From: a virus
Lineage: Duplodnaviria > Caudoviricetes
DNA: 64,000 bases
Strand: one strand, 5' to 3'
Virus record (IMG/VR): IMGVR_UViG_3300017911_001939
Coordinates: 32,001-96,000 of that record
The position numbers and the translations under genes were made by a program. Each line of letters begins with the position of its first letter. Position 1 is the first letter of the stretch. Below are positions 29,827 through 38,898 of the stretch, in pieces. The notes under the pieces were generated by a model, which worked only from the letters and a program-made list of their open reading frames with translations, was not told the DNA's origin and searched no databases.

Positions 29827-30563
29827 TGCGAATCAAATGCCCATTTCTTTTCATAACACCAAAAACAATGACCACACTCTTTTGCAAAATAATCTGTTTC
29901 TCTTGCTGTACCCACGCACGAACCAGTAATTGGATAAAGAGTTTTCATTAAGCCTTCTTCTTTATAAACACCTGCTACAAATTTTTTATCAACATTTATA
30001 TATGGCCTATATTCATCACCTTTTCCTGCCCAATTTTCTTGTGTATACGATCTTCTTTTTTCAGCAAGGTGATCAAAACCAATATTTTTCATAATATCTT
30101 GTGGCGGATTTTTTGTTATACCAGTGACGATTAAACACTCGTGCATTTTTTCGCAAATTTCTAAATGTTTTTGTTTTTCTAAAACTTTTACTAGACCTTC
30201 AATGTTATTACATCTATCAACATATTGGCCATCTATTAATACGCGTTCATCATTCCAACGCTCTTTAGCATATTCTTGCAATTCTTGATCATAAATGTCG
30301 AATTCATAGATATAGTGTTGACCGATTTTATGATTTGGAAATGTATCTTTCATAAATTCTACAATATCTAATGAGCAGAGCGCATCAAATGGAGCAGTCA
30401 AATCTTTTCCCGTAAAAGGAATAATTTCGACATTTGGAAAATGTTTACAGATTAAGTATAACAGAGATGCCGAATCAAGTCCTCCAGATAGCGATAAGAT
30501 AATTTTATCAGGAACATACTTATCGAATAGATCTATCGTTTGGTTTCCATAACTAATTTTCAT
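29823..30563 (-). CDS. QueC-like PP-loop ATP pyrophosphatase
   Basis: SLSGGLDSA PP-loop; C-terminal SC...CGHCFWC Zn site. Confidence 0.75.
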   Translation of the reverse strand: MKISYGNQTIDLFDKYVPDKIILSLSGGLDSASLLYLICKHFPNVEIIPFTGKDLTAPFDALCSLDIVEFMKDTFPNHKIGQHYIYEFDIYDQELQEYAKERWNDERVLIDGQYVDRCNNIEGLVKVLEKQKHLEICEKMHECLIVTGITKNPPQDIMKNIGFDHLAEKRRSYTQENWAGKGDEYRPYINVDKKFVAGVYKEEGLMKTLYPITGSCVGTARETDYFAKECGHCFWCYEKKWAFDSQ

Positions 30564-30583
30564 TATTAAAACTCCATTTTATA

Positions 30584-31219
30584 TCATTTTATCCAATTGA
30601 TAACTTCGTCATAATCAGGCTTATGTTCTCCTGCATTTTTTATATATTTTTGCGGATAACGTCCAGAATGTTTATATCCGAATTGCATAGAAAATATTAC
30701 TTTTTCGTTATCAAGAAATTTCAATTCTTTTTGTAACATTTCGGATTTATAGCATAGCAAATAAGAAACTTGTAAACCGGCTTCAATACAAAGGCCAGAT
30801 AATATGGTAGAAAACATTCCAATTTCTATAGCATTTTCTCTCATTTGAGTATCACCATTGTATCTCTGTGGATCTACACAATAATGCTCAAATACTCTTT
30901 TTCTTTGAAATATACGTAACACAGAATCATTAGGAAAGGTTAGCCTAGAAGTAAAAAGAAGAACATAAGGAGCATATACATTTTTATTGATAAAGGTGCC
31001 ATTATGTGTAGATGCCTCATACAAGATTTCTTTTTCTTTTTTGTGTTTAGGCTGCAATACGTGAACTGTGTATGGCATTAAAGATTGTTTAGACGGTACT
31101 AATTCGTACGTTTTTTTAAGCAATTCTTCTACTAATTCTTGAGGTGGTTCTTCTCGGCCGTAATATCGAATTTGAGTCCTTTTACTAAATACGTCTTCTA
31201 TCGGCATCTTTCTCTCCAT
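30584..31219 (-). CDS. nitroreductase-family FMN protein
   Basis: KRTQIRYY, VPSKQSLMPY, IEIGM..GL.VSY..C, FGY. Confidence 0.72.
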   Translation of the reverse strand: MERKMPIEDVFSKRTQIRYYGREEPPQELVEELLKKTYELVPSKQSLMPYTVHVLQPKHKKEKEILYEASTHNGTFINKNVYAPYVLLFTSRLTFPNDSVLRIFQRKRVFEHYCVDPQRYNGDTQMRENAIEIGMFSTILSGLCIEAGLQVSYLLCYKSEMLQKELKFLDNEKVIFSMQFGYKHSGRYPQKYIKNAGEHKPDYDEVINWIK

Positions 31220-31280
31220 ATAAATACCATCACCAATTTATTTATATGTATAAATAGGTCTGTATGGTTTTGTATAAATA
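31219..31280. promoter_or_regulatory. divergent late promoter cluster: TATAAATA on + at 31219, 31249, 31273 and on - at 31239-31246
   Basis: Four exact T4 late boxes in 62 bp between two divergent operons. Confidence 0.88.
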
Positions 31281-31309
31281 TAGACAAACAACGTAAAGAG
31301 TATTTGTGA

Positions 31310-31660
31310 ATGGCCCAATACGAAGAAATTACAATTGATCAAGGTGCGGATGCATCTATTGAACTACATCTTGTGAATACAGATGGCTCTAAGAAAAATC
31401 TTACGAACCACACCGTCACAGCGAAAATGAAAAAGAATTATACGAGCGACAGTTCAGACACAACCGATTTTGTGTCAACAATCGCAAATGCTCTTGACGG
31501 TATTGCAACTATTTCATTAACAAATCTACAAACAGATGCCCTTAAAGCAGGTCGATACGTTTATGATGTTGAGCTATCATTTCAAGATAGCGATGGTGAT
31601 ACGATTATTGAAAGGGTGTTAGAAGGTAAAATTACAATCACGCCGTCTGTAACGAGGTAA
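31310..31660 (+). CDS. conserved Ig/BppU-like small virion protein
   Basis: IDQGAD, GRYVYDVE, RVLEGKITITPSVT motif family of marine T4-like phages. Confidence 0.7.
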   Translation: MAQYEEITIDQGADASIELHLVNTDGSKKNLTNHTVTAKMKKNYTSDSSDTTDFVSTIANALDGIATISLTNLQTDALKAGRYVYDVELSFQDSDGDTIIERVLEGKITITPSVTR

Positions 31661-31663
31661 GTC

Positions 31664-31924
31664 ATGGCAATAAGAGTCGGTACAGGTCAGACTACTCAAA
31701 TAAAGACGGTTAGAGGCGTTGGTCAAACAACACAAGTTCGAAAGGTTGTTGTTGGTCGACCAGTAAGAAACGTTAGTTCGGGTGCTACAGATATTAATAA
31801 CCTTTTAGGTGTTGATACTTCAGGCAGAGTTGATGGCGCTATCTTACAGTTTGACGCGGCTCTTGGTGTATTTGTGGCAAATGCCGAACTAACAAAACAG
31901 GACATTAACGGAGGCAATTATTAA
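31664..31924 (+). CDS. small fibre-associated protein
   Basis: L.GVDT..DGAILQFD and terminal INGGNY motif. Confidence 0.6.
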   Translation: MAIRVGTGQTTQIKTVRGVGQTTQVRKVVVGRPVRNVSSGATDINNLLGVDTSGRVDGAILQFDAALGVFVANAELTKQDINGGNY

Positions 31925-33585
31925 TGGCCACTATTATTAGAATCAAAAGATCGACGGGTACCAGCGCTCCAGGGTCATTAAAATCAGGCGAACTCGCCTA
32001 CTCCTCAGGTGCCGGTACTCAAGGAAACGGCGGTGATCGACTTTACTTTGGTAAAGGTGATGACGGCTCAGGTAACGCAACAACCGTAGAAGTTATCGGC
32101 GGTGCTTATTTCTCTAACTTGCTGGATCATGTAGCTGGTACCCTTACAGCAAGTAGTGCAATTATCGTTGATGCGTCTTCTAAGATTGACAACCTTAAAG
32201 TTGACAACTTAGATCTTAACGGCAACACAATTAGTTCTACAGACACTAACGGTAATATCGTACTTGATCCAAATGGTGCAGGTACAGTCGATGTTAATAC
32301 ATCGAAGATCGTTAATGTTACAGATCCTACCGCAGCACAAGACGCTGCGACCAAGAAATACGTAGATGATCAAAATGCTGCTGGTAGCTTAGACATCTCT
32401 ACTGATTCTGGTGGTACTCATACATTAATGCTTCAAGACTCTGACCTTACCATCGTTGGTGGTACAGGTATTGGTACTCGTCTTGATGCACATCAAATTA
32501 CAGTCGAACTCGATAATACTGCGGTTTCTGCTGGCACATATGGTAGTGCTACTGCGATTCCTGCTATTACTGTTGATGCACAAGGTCGAATCACGTCTGC
32601 CTCTACTAATAACGTGGCTACAGACCTTACAGTCGCAGCTGATGCTGGTACAAATGCGACGGTCTCACTCTTAACAGATACACTGACAATTCAAGGTGGC
32701 ACAAACATTAACACTACTGTTGGTGGTGATGTTGTTACAGTTCACCTGGATTCTTCTGTTTCGATTAATACTCAGTTAACTGTTGACAATATTAAAATTA
32801 ATGGTAACACGATTAGTTCAACCGACGGTTCTAATCAGTTATACCTCGATCCGGCTCCTGAAGATTCTGATGGTGGTGATCTTATTGTTCGTGGTAACCT
32901 ACAAGTTAATGGTACAACCACGACAATCAATTCTGTCAACTTGTCAGTTAATGATAAACTCATTACACTTGCCGATTCTGCCGCAGACTCCGCTGCTTCA
33001 GATGGTGCGGGTATTGAGGTCGCAGGTTCGAATGCGTCTATCAAATATGATAATGCGACTGGTCGATGGGACTTTAACAGAGACATTGAAGCCGATGCAT
33101 TCCACGGTAATGTAACTGGTGATATTACGGGTGATGTTACTGGTAACGTAACAGGCAATGTGACTGGTAATATCGATGGTGACTCTGGTGACCTGAGAAC
33201 ATTTACTGCAAATACTATTACATCTGGTTCATTAACCACAGATTCTGCAACAATTGACGGTGACCTACGATTAACTGGTAACCTACTTGATGCTACAACC
33301 GACAATATCACTGAAGGTTCTTCTAACCTTTACTTTACTGACGAACGTGTCGATGATCGATTAAATAACCTCTTATTAGCAGGTGAAGGTATCGATCTTA
33401 CCTATGACGATGCAGCAAACTCACTTACTATTGATGGTGAAGATGCTACGTTAACGAATAAAGGTATTGCTTCATTTGGTGGTTATGCTGACTCGGCTAA
33501 TGCTCCTGTTCCGGGTAATGCAAGACAGTTTAGCTTGACAAACGGAGATGTTACTATCGCAGTGATTGACGGCGGAACATATTAA
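31924..33585 (+). CDS. tail fibre protein
   Basis: IRIKRS..P..L..GELAY N-terminus, DAATKKYVD, GNVTG repeats, TTDNITEGSSNLYFTDER, terminal IDGGTY. Confidence 0.85.
   Translation: MATIIRIKRSTGTSAPGSLKSGELAYSSGAGTQGNGGDRLYFGKGDDGSGNATTVEVIGGAYFSNLLDHVAGTLTASSAIIVDASSKIDNLKVDNLDLNGNTISSTDTNGNIVLDPNGAGTVDVNTSKIVNVTDPTAAQDAATKKYVDDQNAAGSLDISTDSGGTHTLMLQDSDLTIVGGTGIGTRLDAHQITVELDNTAVSAGTYGSATAIPAITVDAQGRITSASTNNVATDLTVAADAGTNATVSLLTDTLTIQGGTNINTTVGGDVVTVHLDSSVSINTQLTVDNIKINGNTISSTDGSNQLYLDPAPEDSDGGDLIVRGNLQVNGTTTTINSVNLSVNDKLITLADSAADSAASDGAGIEVAGSNASIKYDNATGRWDFNRDIEADAFHGNVTGDITGDVTGNVTGNVTGNIDGDSGDLRTFTANTITSGSLTTDSATIDGDLRLTGNLLDATTDNITEGSSNLYFTDERVDDRLNNLLLAGEGIDLTYDDAANSLTIDGEDATLTNKGIASFGGYADSANAPVPGNARQFSLTNGDVTIAVIDGGTY
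33106..33180 (+). repeat. 12-nt coding tandem repeat (G-N/D-V/I-T)n
   Basis: GNVTGDITGDVTGNVTGNVTGNIDG. Confidence 0.8.
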
Positions 33586-33590
33586 TACCA

Positions 33591-33626
33591 TAGCCTGAGT
33601 TTTTACTCACTAAGGCTACCTTTTTT
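33591..33626 (+). terminator. bulged hairpin with U-tract (possible intrinsic terminator or attenuator)
   Basis: TAGCCT-GAGT-TTTT-ACTC-ACTA-AGGCTA-CC-TTTTTT, intergenic. Confidence 0.5.
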
Positions 33627-33637
33627 AAGGACTGGAA

Positions 33638-35236
33638 ATGGCAACTGATATTAGGCTCAAGAAATCCTCCGTAGCCGGTAGGATTCCTGACTCATCGGAT
33701 CTTGAATATGGCGAATTGGCCATTAACTATGCCGATGAGAAATTATATTTTAAAAATTCATCTAACGTAATCAAATCGATTGGCGGTAGTGGTATTGACT
33801 CTGCTACCATCACGACTATTGTCGATTCTGATTACGTACTGAATAGATCATCTGCATCATTCCCAATCCATAACGAAGATTCCAGCCTTTCTCATTACGA
33901 GAAAATGTCCTTTACTGTTAAAACGGACGCTGGTGGTATTGTTGTACTACAACCTCAAGTAACATATCAAGATTCTGGCGGAACAGATGTCCTTGTTGAT
34001 ATTAATTTATCAAAAGGTGTATTTAGCGATTCAAATCCTGTTATCGATCTTATCGATTCTGCATATATTCAGGCAAGACAACAGCTCGTAGACTCTGCTT
34101 CTATTATTGCATTGGTCGATTCTGATTATGTCCGCGCAAGACAAATTCGTACTATTGACTCTGCACTTGCAGAATATCGATTTATGGATTCTGGCGAGGT
34201 TATTACACTTGTAGATTCTGCATATGTTCAGGCTCGATCAATTACTATCGATTCTGATTATGTACAACTACGGGTACCTGAAACATATCTTGCGACTATC
34301 ATTGACTCTGATTATATTTCTGACAGACAAGCTGCAGGTACTGATTCGTCTACAGTTATTAATCTTATCCAATCTACTGTTGATTCATCATATGTTGCCG
34401 TCAGATCGTCAGACGGTGGAGATGTTGTAAATGGTTCTGTAACTACTCATACGGCAAATCAATTTACTGGTGATGGGTCGACAACATTATTTACAATTGA
34501 CAATTCGATTAGTAATACTGCTCAGCTATATGTTACTATTAATGGTGTCTTACAGCATACTGACACATATAGTTTCTCAGGTGCAAACGTTACACTTGAC
34601 TCTGCGCCAGAAGATGGTGATGATGTAGAAATCAGACTAAATAATACGCAGTCAACTAATGTTACATTGCGTGATTACCAATCATATTTCTATACACCTG
34701 ATTCCGCAACATCTGTATTCAGCGGCCAAGATAATCGTGGTAATTCCTTATCATATAAACGTGGTAAAATTGAGGTATATCTTAACGGTTCAAAACTTGT
34801 TGACTCTGATGACTACACCGCACAGAATGGTTCACAAGTTACAATTCTCGGTGATGCAGTTGACAGCGGTGATACACTTGAAATTATTTCTTTGCAGTCT
34901 GCAGCAATTTATGATGGTATTATTTTCTCGGTTAGTAAAGACTTTACTACCGATTCTGCAGACCAACGAGTAGACACATTCTCTAAAACTCTATATCGTA
35001 CTACAAAATACATCGTACAAATTGAACATGATTCTGATAATAAATACCACAGTGAAGAGATATTGCTTTCGCATACTGGAACAAAGGTTGGTATGGTAAC
35101 ATATGCACAGCTGTTACTTGACTCAAACCTTGGTACATTCGATGCAGAATTAGACGGAGATAATTGTAGATTGTTGTTTAGTCCAACATATACGAATACA
35201 AGTGTGAAGGTCAGAGCTATAAGGACTGGTGTATAA
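33638..35236 (+). CDS. Asp-Ser-repeat tail fibre-like protein
   Basis: IRLKKS..P..L.YGELAINYAD N-terminus; 23 DS dipeptides; GDGSTTLF and NGVLQ Ig-like modules. Confidence 0.8.
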   Translation: MATDIRLKKSSVAGRIPDSSDLEYGELAINYADEKLYFKNSSNVIKSIGGSGIDSATITTIVDSDYVLNRSSASFPIHNEDSSLSHYEKMSFTVKTDAGGIVVLQPQVTYQDSGGTDVLVDINLSKGVFSDSNPVIDLIDSAYIQARQQLVDSASIIALVDSDYVRARQIRTIDSALAEYRFMDSGEVITLVDSAYVQARSITIDSDYVQLRVPETYLATIIDSDYISDRQAAGTDSSTVINLIQSTVDSSYVAVRSSDGGDVVNGSVTTHTANQFTGDGSTTLFTIDNSISNTAQLYVTINGVLQHTDTYSFSGANVTLDSAPEDGDDVEIRLNNTQSTNVTLRDYQSYFYTPDSATSVFSGQDNRGNSLSYKRGKIEVYLNGSKLVDSDDYTAQNGSQVTILGDAVDSGDTLEIISLQSAAIYDGIIFSVSKDFTTDSADQRVDTFSKTLYRTTKYIVQIEHDSDNKYHSEEILLSHTGTKVGMVTYAQLLLDSNLGTFDAELDGDNCRLLFSPTYTNTSVKVRAIRTGV

Positions 35237-35676
35237 TGGCAACAAAGATTAAATCAGGCAATTTTAGTATTGATGCCAATCAACATATTAGATTAGAATC
35301 ACCATTCGGTAGATTTGCTGCAGAAAACTATCCGACTTCTGCTGATAGTGCTACTGCACCTGGTGCAAGTGCAATCGCGTTAGGTGCTAGTGCAAATGCA
35401 GGTCATACAAATTCTACTGCAATTGGTATTGATGCACATACCAATGATAGCAGTCAAGTTATGCTTGGTGGTCCATCTATTAATTCTATTCGTGTTGGCA
35501 ATAGTTCGTATACACCAACCGATAGCGCAGATTTGGTCACAAAAAAATATGTAGATGATAATGAAATTGCAGGCATTGATTCTGCCGCTACAATTGCATT
35601 GATTGATAGTGATTATATCAGAACACGAGAAACACCATCTGACTCATTACTTAATGCATTGATTTTTGGAGGTTAA
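35236..35676 (+). CDS. fibre module with YadA-head-like repeats
   Basis: SAIALGASANA..STAIG, VTKKYVD neck motif, C-terminal LNALIFGG. Confidence 0.65.
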   Translation: MATKIKSGNFSIDANQHIRLESPFGRFAAENYPTSADSATAPGASAIALGASANAGHTNSTAIGIDAHTNDSSQVMLGGPSINSIRVGNSSYTPTDSADLVTKKYVDDNEIAGIDSAATIALIDSDYIRTRETPSDSLLNALIFGG

Positions 35677-35677
35677 C

Positions 35678-35917
35678 ATGGTATCAAAGGCAAGACATCT
35701 AGCATCATTAGCGAAAGCTCTGAATACAAATTCAAATGGAGCGGTAGAAATGTCTGGTGACATGATTCCAGAGAATGCTATTACTCAAGCTAAAATTGCT
35801 CCAGGTGCAGTTAATTTTACGGAAATGGCAGATAGCGCAGGTTATGCAACAGGTGCGCTTGATAGTGCATTCGGTATTATGATGGACGAATTAATTAATA
35901 TTGCGGAGAACAGATAA
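35678..35917 (+). CDS. small virion protein
   Basis: SKAR.LA N-terminus; ITQAKIA repeat; GGAGG SD. Confidence 0.6.
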   Translation: MVSKARHLASLAKALNTNSNGAVEMSGDMIPENAITQAKIAPGAVNFTEMADSAGYATGALDSAFGIMMDELINIAENR

Positions 35918-36888
35918 TGGGTAGAAGGAATTTTACCAACTTCTTTGCCAATAAACGGGCTTTGCTAAGAACAGAGATCGACGAATTTGTTACGTTTAAA
36001 ACAAACGAACGTAATACTGCTATTACAAATACAAGTGCTCGTAAAGACGAAGCAGACTCTGCCGCAACAGAAGCAATTTCATTTAAAGACGAAATTCAGG
36101 CATTTAAAGATAGTGCAGATACACTTTTGGCCCAGCTTCAAGCTGGTGGTATGACTGCGGCAGAGGCCGAATATAAACGTGGTCTAATGGAGCAATTATC
36201 TCGAGCCGCTGCAGCATCATTTAAAAGAGCGGAAGAAGCACGTATCGAGGCCGAAACGAAAGCACTTGATGCGGCAAAATTCTTTGAAAATACTCGAAGT
36301 AGTACGACTGCACAAGCAGACAAAGAGGATGCAGACTCTGCAAAACAAGCAGCGATTGATGCACTCGAAACTGCCTCTTCATTAAAGGCAATGATTGATA
36401 CTAAACTGACTCTTGCAGTTGAGGAAGTAAGTGATATTAAATTAAGTGCACAATTACAAAATGTTAATGTGACAGAAATTACTGGCGATACATTTATTGC
36501 AGGAAACTTAAGAGTTGGTGATTCTTCTGCGGCATCTTATCCATTGCATGTAGTAGGTCATGCATATGCAAGTGGCGATATGATTTCTGCATCTGATATT
36601 AGGCTTAAAGATCAGATTGAAGCAATTAATAACGCAGCAGATATTATTGCATCTCTTGAAGGTAAAAGATATATTAAAGATGGCGAGCCAAGTGTTGGTC
36701 TTATTGCACAAGAGGTTGAAGCAGTTTTACCTGAGGTTGTGCATACTGCTAATGATGAAATGGGACTTAAATCAGTTTCGTATGGTAATCTTGTCGCGGT
36801 ATTGATTGAGGCACATAAAGAGCTAACAGATAAGGTCGAAATTCTTGAAGACGAGGTTAGACGCCTGAAATATGGAGAAGATTACTAA
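35917..36888 (+). CDS. coiled-coil fibre protein with C-terminal peptidase S74 intramolecular chaperone
   Basis: SDIRLK, GLIAQEVEAVLPEVV, SVSYGNLVAVLIEAHKEL. Confidence 0.88.
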   Translation: MGRRNFTNFFANKRALLRTEIDEFVTFKTNERNTAITNTSARKDEADSAATEAISFKDEIQAFKDSADTLLAQLQAGGMTAAEAEYKRGLMEQLSRAAAASFKRAEEARIEAETKALDAAKFFENTRSSTTAQADKEDADSAKQAAIDALETASSLKAMIDTKLTLAVEEVSDIKLSAQLQNVNVTEITGDTFIAGNLRVGDSSAASYPLHVVGHAYASGDMISASDIRLKDQIEAINNAADIIASLEGKRYIKDGEPSVGLIAQEVEAVLPEVVHTANDEMGLKSVSYGNLVAVLIEAHKELTDKVEILEDEVRRLKYGEDY

Positions 36889-38048
36889 TGGCATTTAAAC
36901 TTGATCAAAGCGGTACTTTAGTCCAACAGGCAAACGTGCCATCATCAACTGCTGCGGGCCGTGGTTCTTATCTTGTATCGGATGGTGCTGGTGGTGCCTT
37001 TTGGGCATATTTAGGAAATACTGCAACTGCAGGCCAAGTTGACAATTCTCAATGGTTATATAGAACGATTTATACTCATGGCTATTTGGCGTGTGGATAC
37101 AAAGGTTCTAATCCATGGAGAACACTCAATAAAACTTGGCATCCAACAGAAACGACAATTTATTGTGGCGAACAAATATCTGGAACACAAGGATATACGA
37201 ATGGTAATTGGTCTGATTACTATGGATATATTATTGCTGGTTCTGGGTTTAACGTTGCATCATCGGTGATTAGTTCATATAACCTACATAGCGGTGCTAT
37301 CAGAACATTTTCTGCTGATGGTTATTCATCAGATGGTGTTACATATGGCTATCAAGGACATGATCCTAAAAACGAAGGTGTAGAATACGGTACTGCGGGT
37401 TATGGTGGTGATGTTGGTGGTATGAGAATGCATGCTACAAGATTAGATGGTCAATCAACTCAAGATATTAAAGGCCAACATGGTTATCACGCTGGTGGTC
37501 AGAGATCCGCAGACGGAGATAGCAGACACCATTTCCCGACAGAGGTAATGTATAAAATGAGTAATGCACCTCATAATGGTAGAGGTGATGCAGCATATGG
37601 CGAATTAAAAGGATTTTTTAGGTCTGACGGTAATAATGTCACATACACTCTTACATGGTCAAATACTTCATGGTCAAATGGGGGTTGGACGTCTGGTTCT
37701 GTAGATGTGCATGGCAAAATGATGGGATCTAAACATGGTCATTTCTATGCAGAAAATAGTACGAATGTAACATGGCCAAAAATTAAAGTTAATTCAAGCA
37801 CTGGTGCTACTATTTCTTCATTCAATAAAGTTCGTGCGTATGGTGAATCGAATAATGAAGATGGGCAAGATAACGGTTATGTGATGGGACATTATGACGG
37901 TCAACAAAATAACCATACAATTAGACAAAGTTATTCTACAGACACTGAAGTAACGCTTGGTGCTGCAGCTCAACCAAAAGGACATTATGGTCAATCATCT
38001 GGTGCCTGTTCTACGGCCGCTGCAACTGTTGCTGTATTGGGGAATTAA
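36888..38048 (+). CDS. Gly/Tyr-rich beta-propeller-like virion protein
   Basis: Repeating GY..GG/GH blades; N-terminal YLVSDG.GG.FW fibre linker. Confidence 0.55.
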   Translation: MAFKLDQSGTLVQQANVPSSTAAGRGSYLVSDGAGGAFWAYLGNTATAGQVDNSQWLYRTIYTHGYLACGYKGSNPWRTLNKTWHPTETTIYCGEQISGTQGYTNGNWSDYYGYIIAGSGFNVASSVISSYNLHSGAIRTFSADGYSSDGVTYGYQGHDPKNEGVEYGTAGYGGDVGGMRMHATRLDGQSTQDIKGQHGYHAGGQRSADGDSRHHFPTEVMYKMSNAPHNGRGDAAYGELKGFFRSDGNNVTYTLTWSNTSWSNGGWTSGSVDVHGKMMGSKHGHFYAENSTNVTWPKIKVNSSTGATISSFNKVRAYGESNNEDGQDNGYVMGHYDGQQNNHTIRQSYSTDTEVTLGAAAQPKGHYGQSSGACSTAAATVAVLGN

Positions 38049-38891
38049 ATGAAATATATTATTACTAAGACAGATCCATTAAGACCATATTTTGGTGGTA
38101 ACCAAGATCAAACCGACGATAACTTCTATTGTCGCGATTTGTATACGCTTTTTGATTTAAGTTGTGTTGCAATTGCAGAACCGCTTTTTGATACAATCTA
38201 TCCTCTTATTCCGGCAGGATACGAAGAGGTATCTGAAGATGAGGCTTTATATGGCTCACAGTTTTTCTCTGAAGTCAGAGATATTGTAAAGCTAAAAGGT
38301 CCAGCAGAACATGATGAAACACTTGATTCTTCAGGTAGTTTACTTACAACCGGTAGTTTTACTCTTTACACAATTCCAGATTCTGTGAAAACTCATGTTC
38401 TAAATTTCATGTTTAAATTTGCAAAAGAGATTATTGAGAACGAATATAATTATAGATTTAAACATAATATTCGTAAAACAACAGAATTGGAACAAGCATC
38501 GTGGGAAATTCAAAAGCATGAAGCCAACGAATGGTTAACATATGGTCAAGACTCTGATCATCTTACGCCATTCTTGGATTATATTGCTACTGAGCGTAGT
38601 ATAAATAAAACGACATTAGCAAATAAAATTTTAACAAAGGCAGAATCGTACCAAGATAATTTGTCTACCGAGCTTGTTAAATACCAAAAGCTTTTAAAAG
38701 AGTTTGAAGGGTGTACTACAATTAGGCAGATGAATACAAAATACGAAAAGTATTTCGGAATTATGGTTCCTGCTTTGCAGGCACAAGAAGAAAATCTACA
38801 AGATTCTGATGGTCGTAGAATTTTTGACTCTGATGGAACAACATATTGGGATATAAATAATCCTAGATTTGGTAATAAATTAAATTTTTAG
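38049..38891 (+). CDS. hypothetical (fibre-assembly-like) protein
   Basis: LEQASW..Q..EA..W, TPFLDYIA..R..LANKI motif. Confidence 0.55.
   Translation: MKYIITKTDPLRPYFGGNQDQTDDNFYCRDLYTLFDLSCVAIAEPLFDTIYPLIPAGYEEVSEDEALYGSQFFSEVRDIVKLKGPAEHDETLDSSGSLLTTGSFTLYTIPDSVKTHVLNFMFKFAKEIIENEYNYRFKHNIRKTTELEQASWEIQKHEANEWLTYGQDSDHLTPFLDYIATERSINKTTLANKILTKAESYQDNLSTELVKYQKLLKEFEGCTTIRQMNTKYEKYFGIMVPALQAQEENLQDSDGRRIFDSDGTTYWDINNPRFGNKLNF
38852..38859 (+). promoter_or_regulatory. candidate internal late promoter
   Basis: TATAAATA about 40 nt before ORF 38899; another copy at 38600-38607. Confidence 0.45.
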
Positions 38892-38898
38892 GTGATGT

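Noticed and set aside
25739-30563. 7-deazaguanine DNA-modification cluster (QueC plus QueE-like radical SAM)
   Set aside because: No folE, queD or dpdA in the window, the radical SAM genes lack clear QueE features, and the operon has a late promoter and sugar-enzyme context.
33638-35236. DS sites as substrates of a host Bacteroidota O-glycosylation system
   Set aside because: That system acts in the periplasm and favours A/I/L/V/M/T at +1, whereas virions assemble in the cytoplasm and D/G/S/N are common at +1 here; kept only as an analogy.
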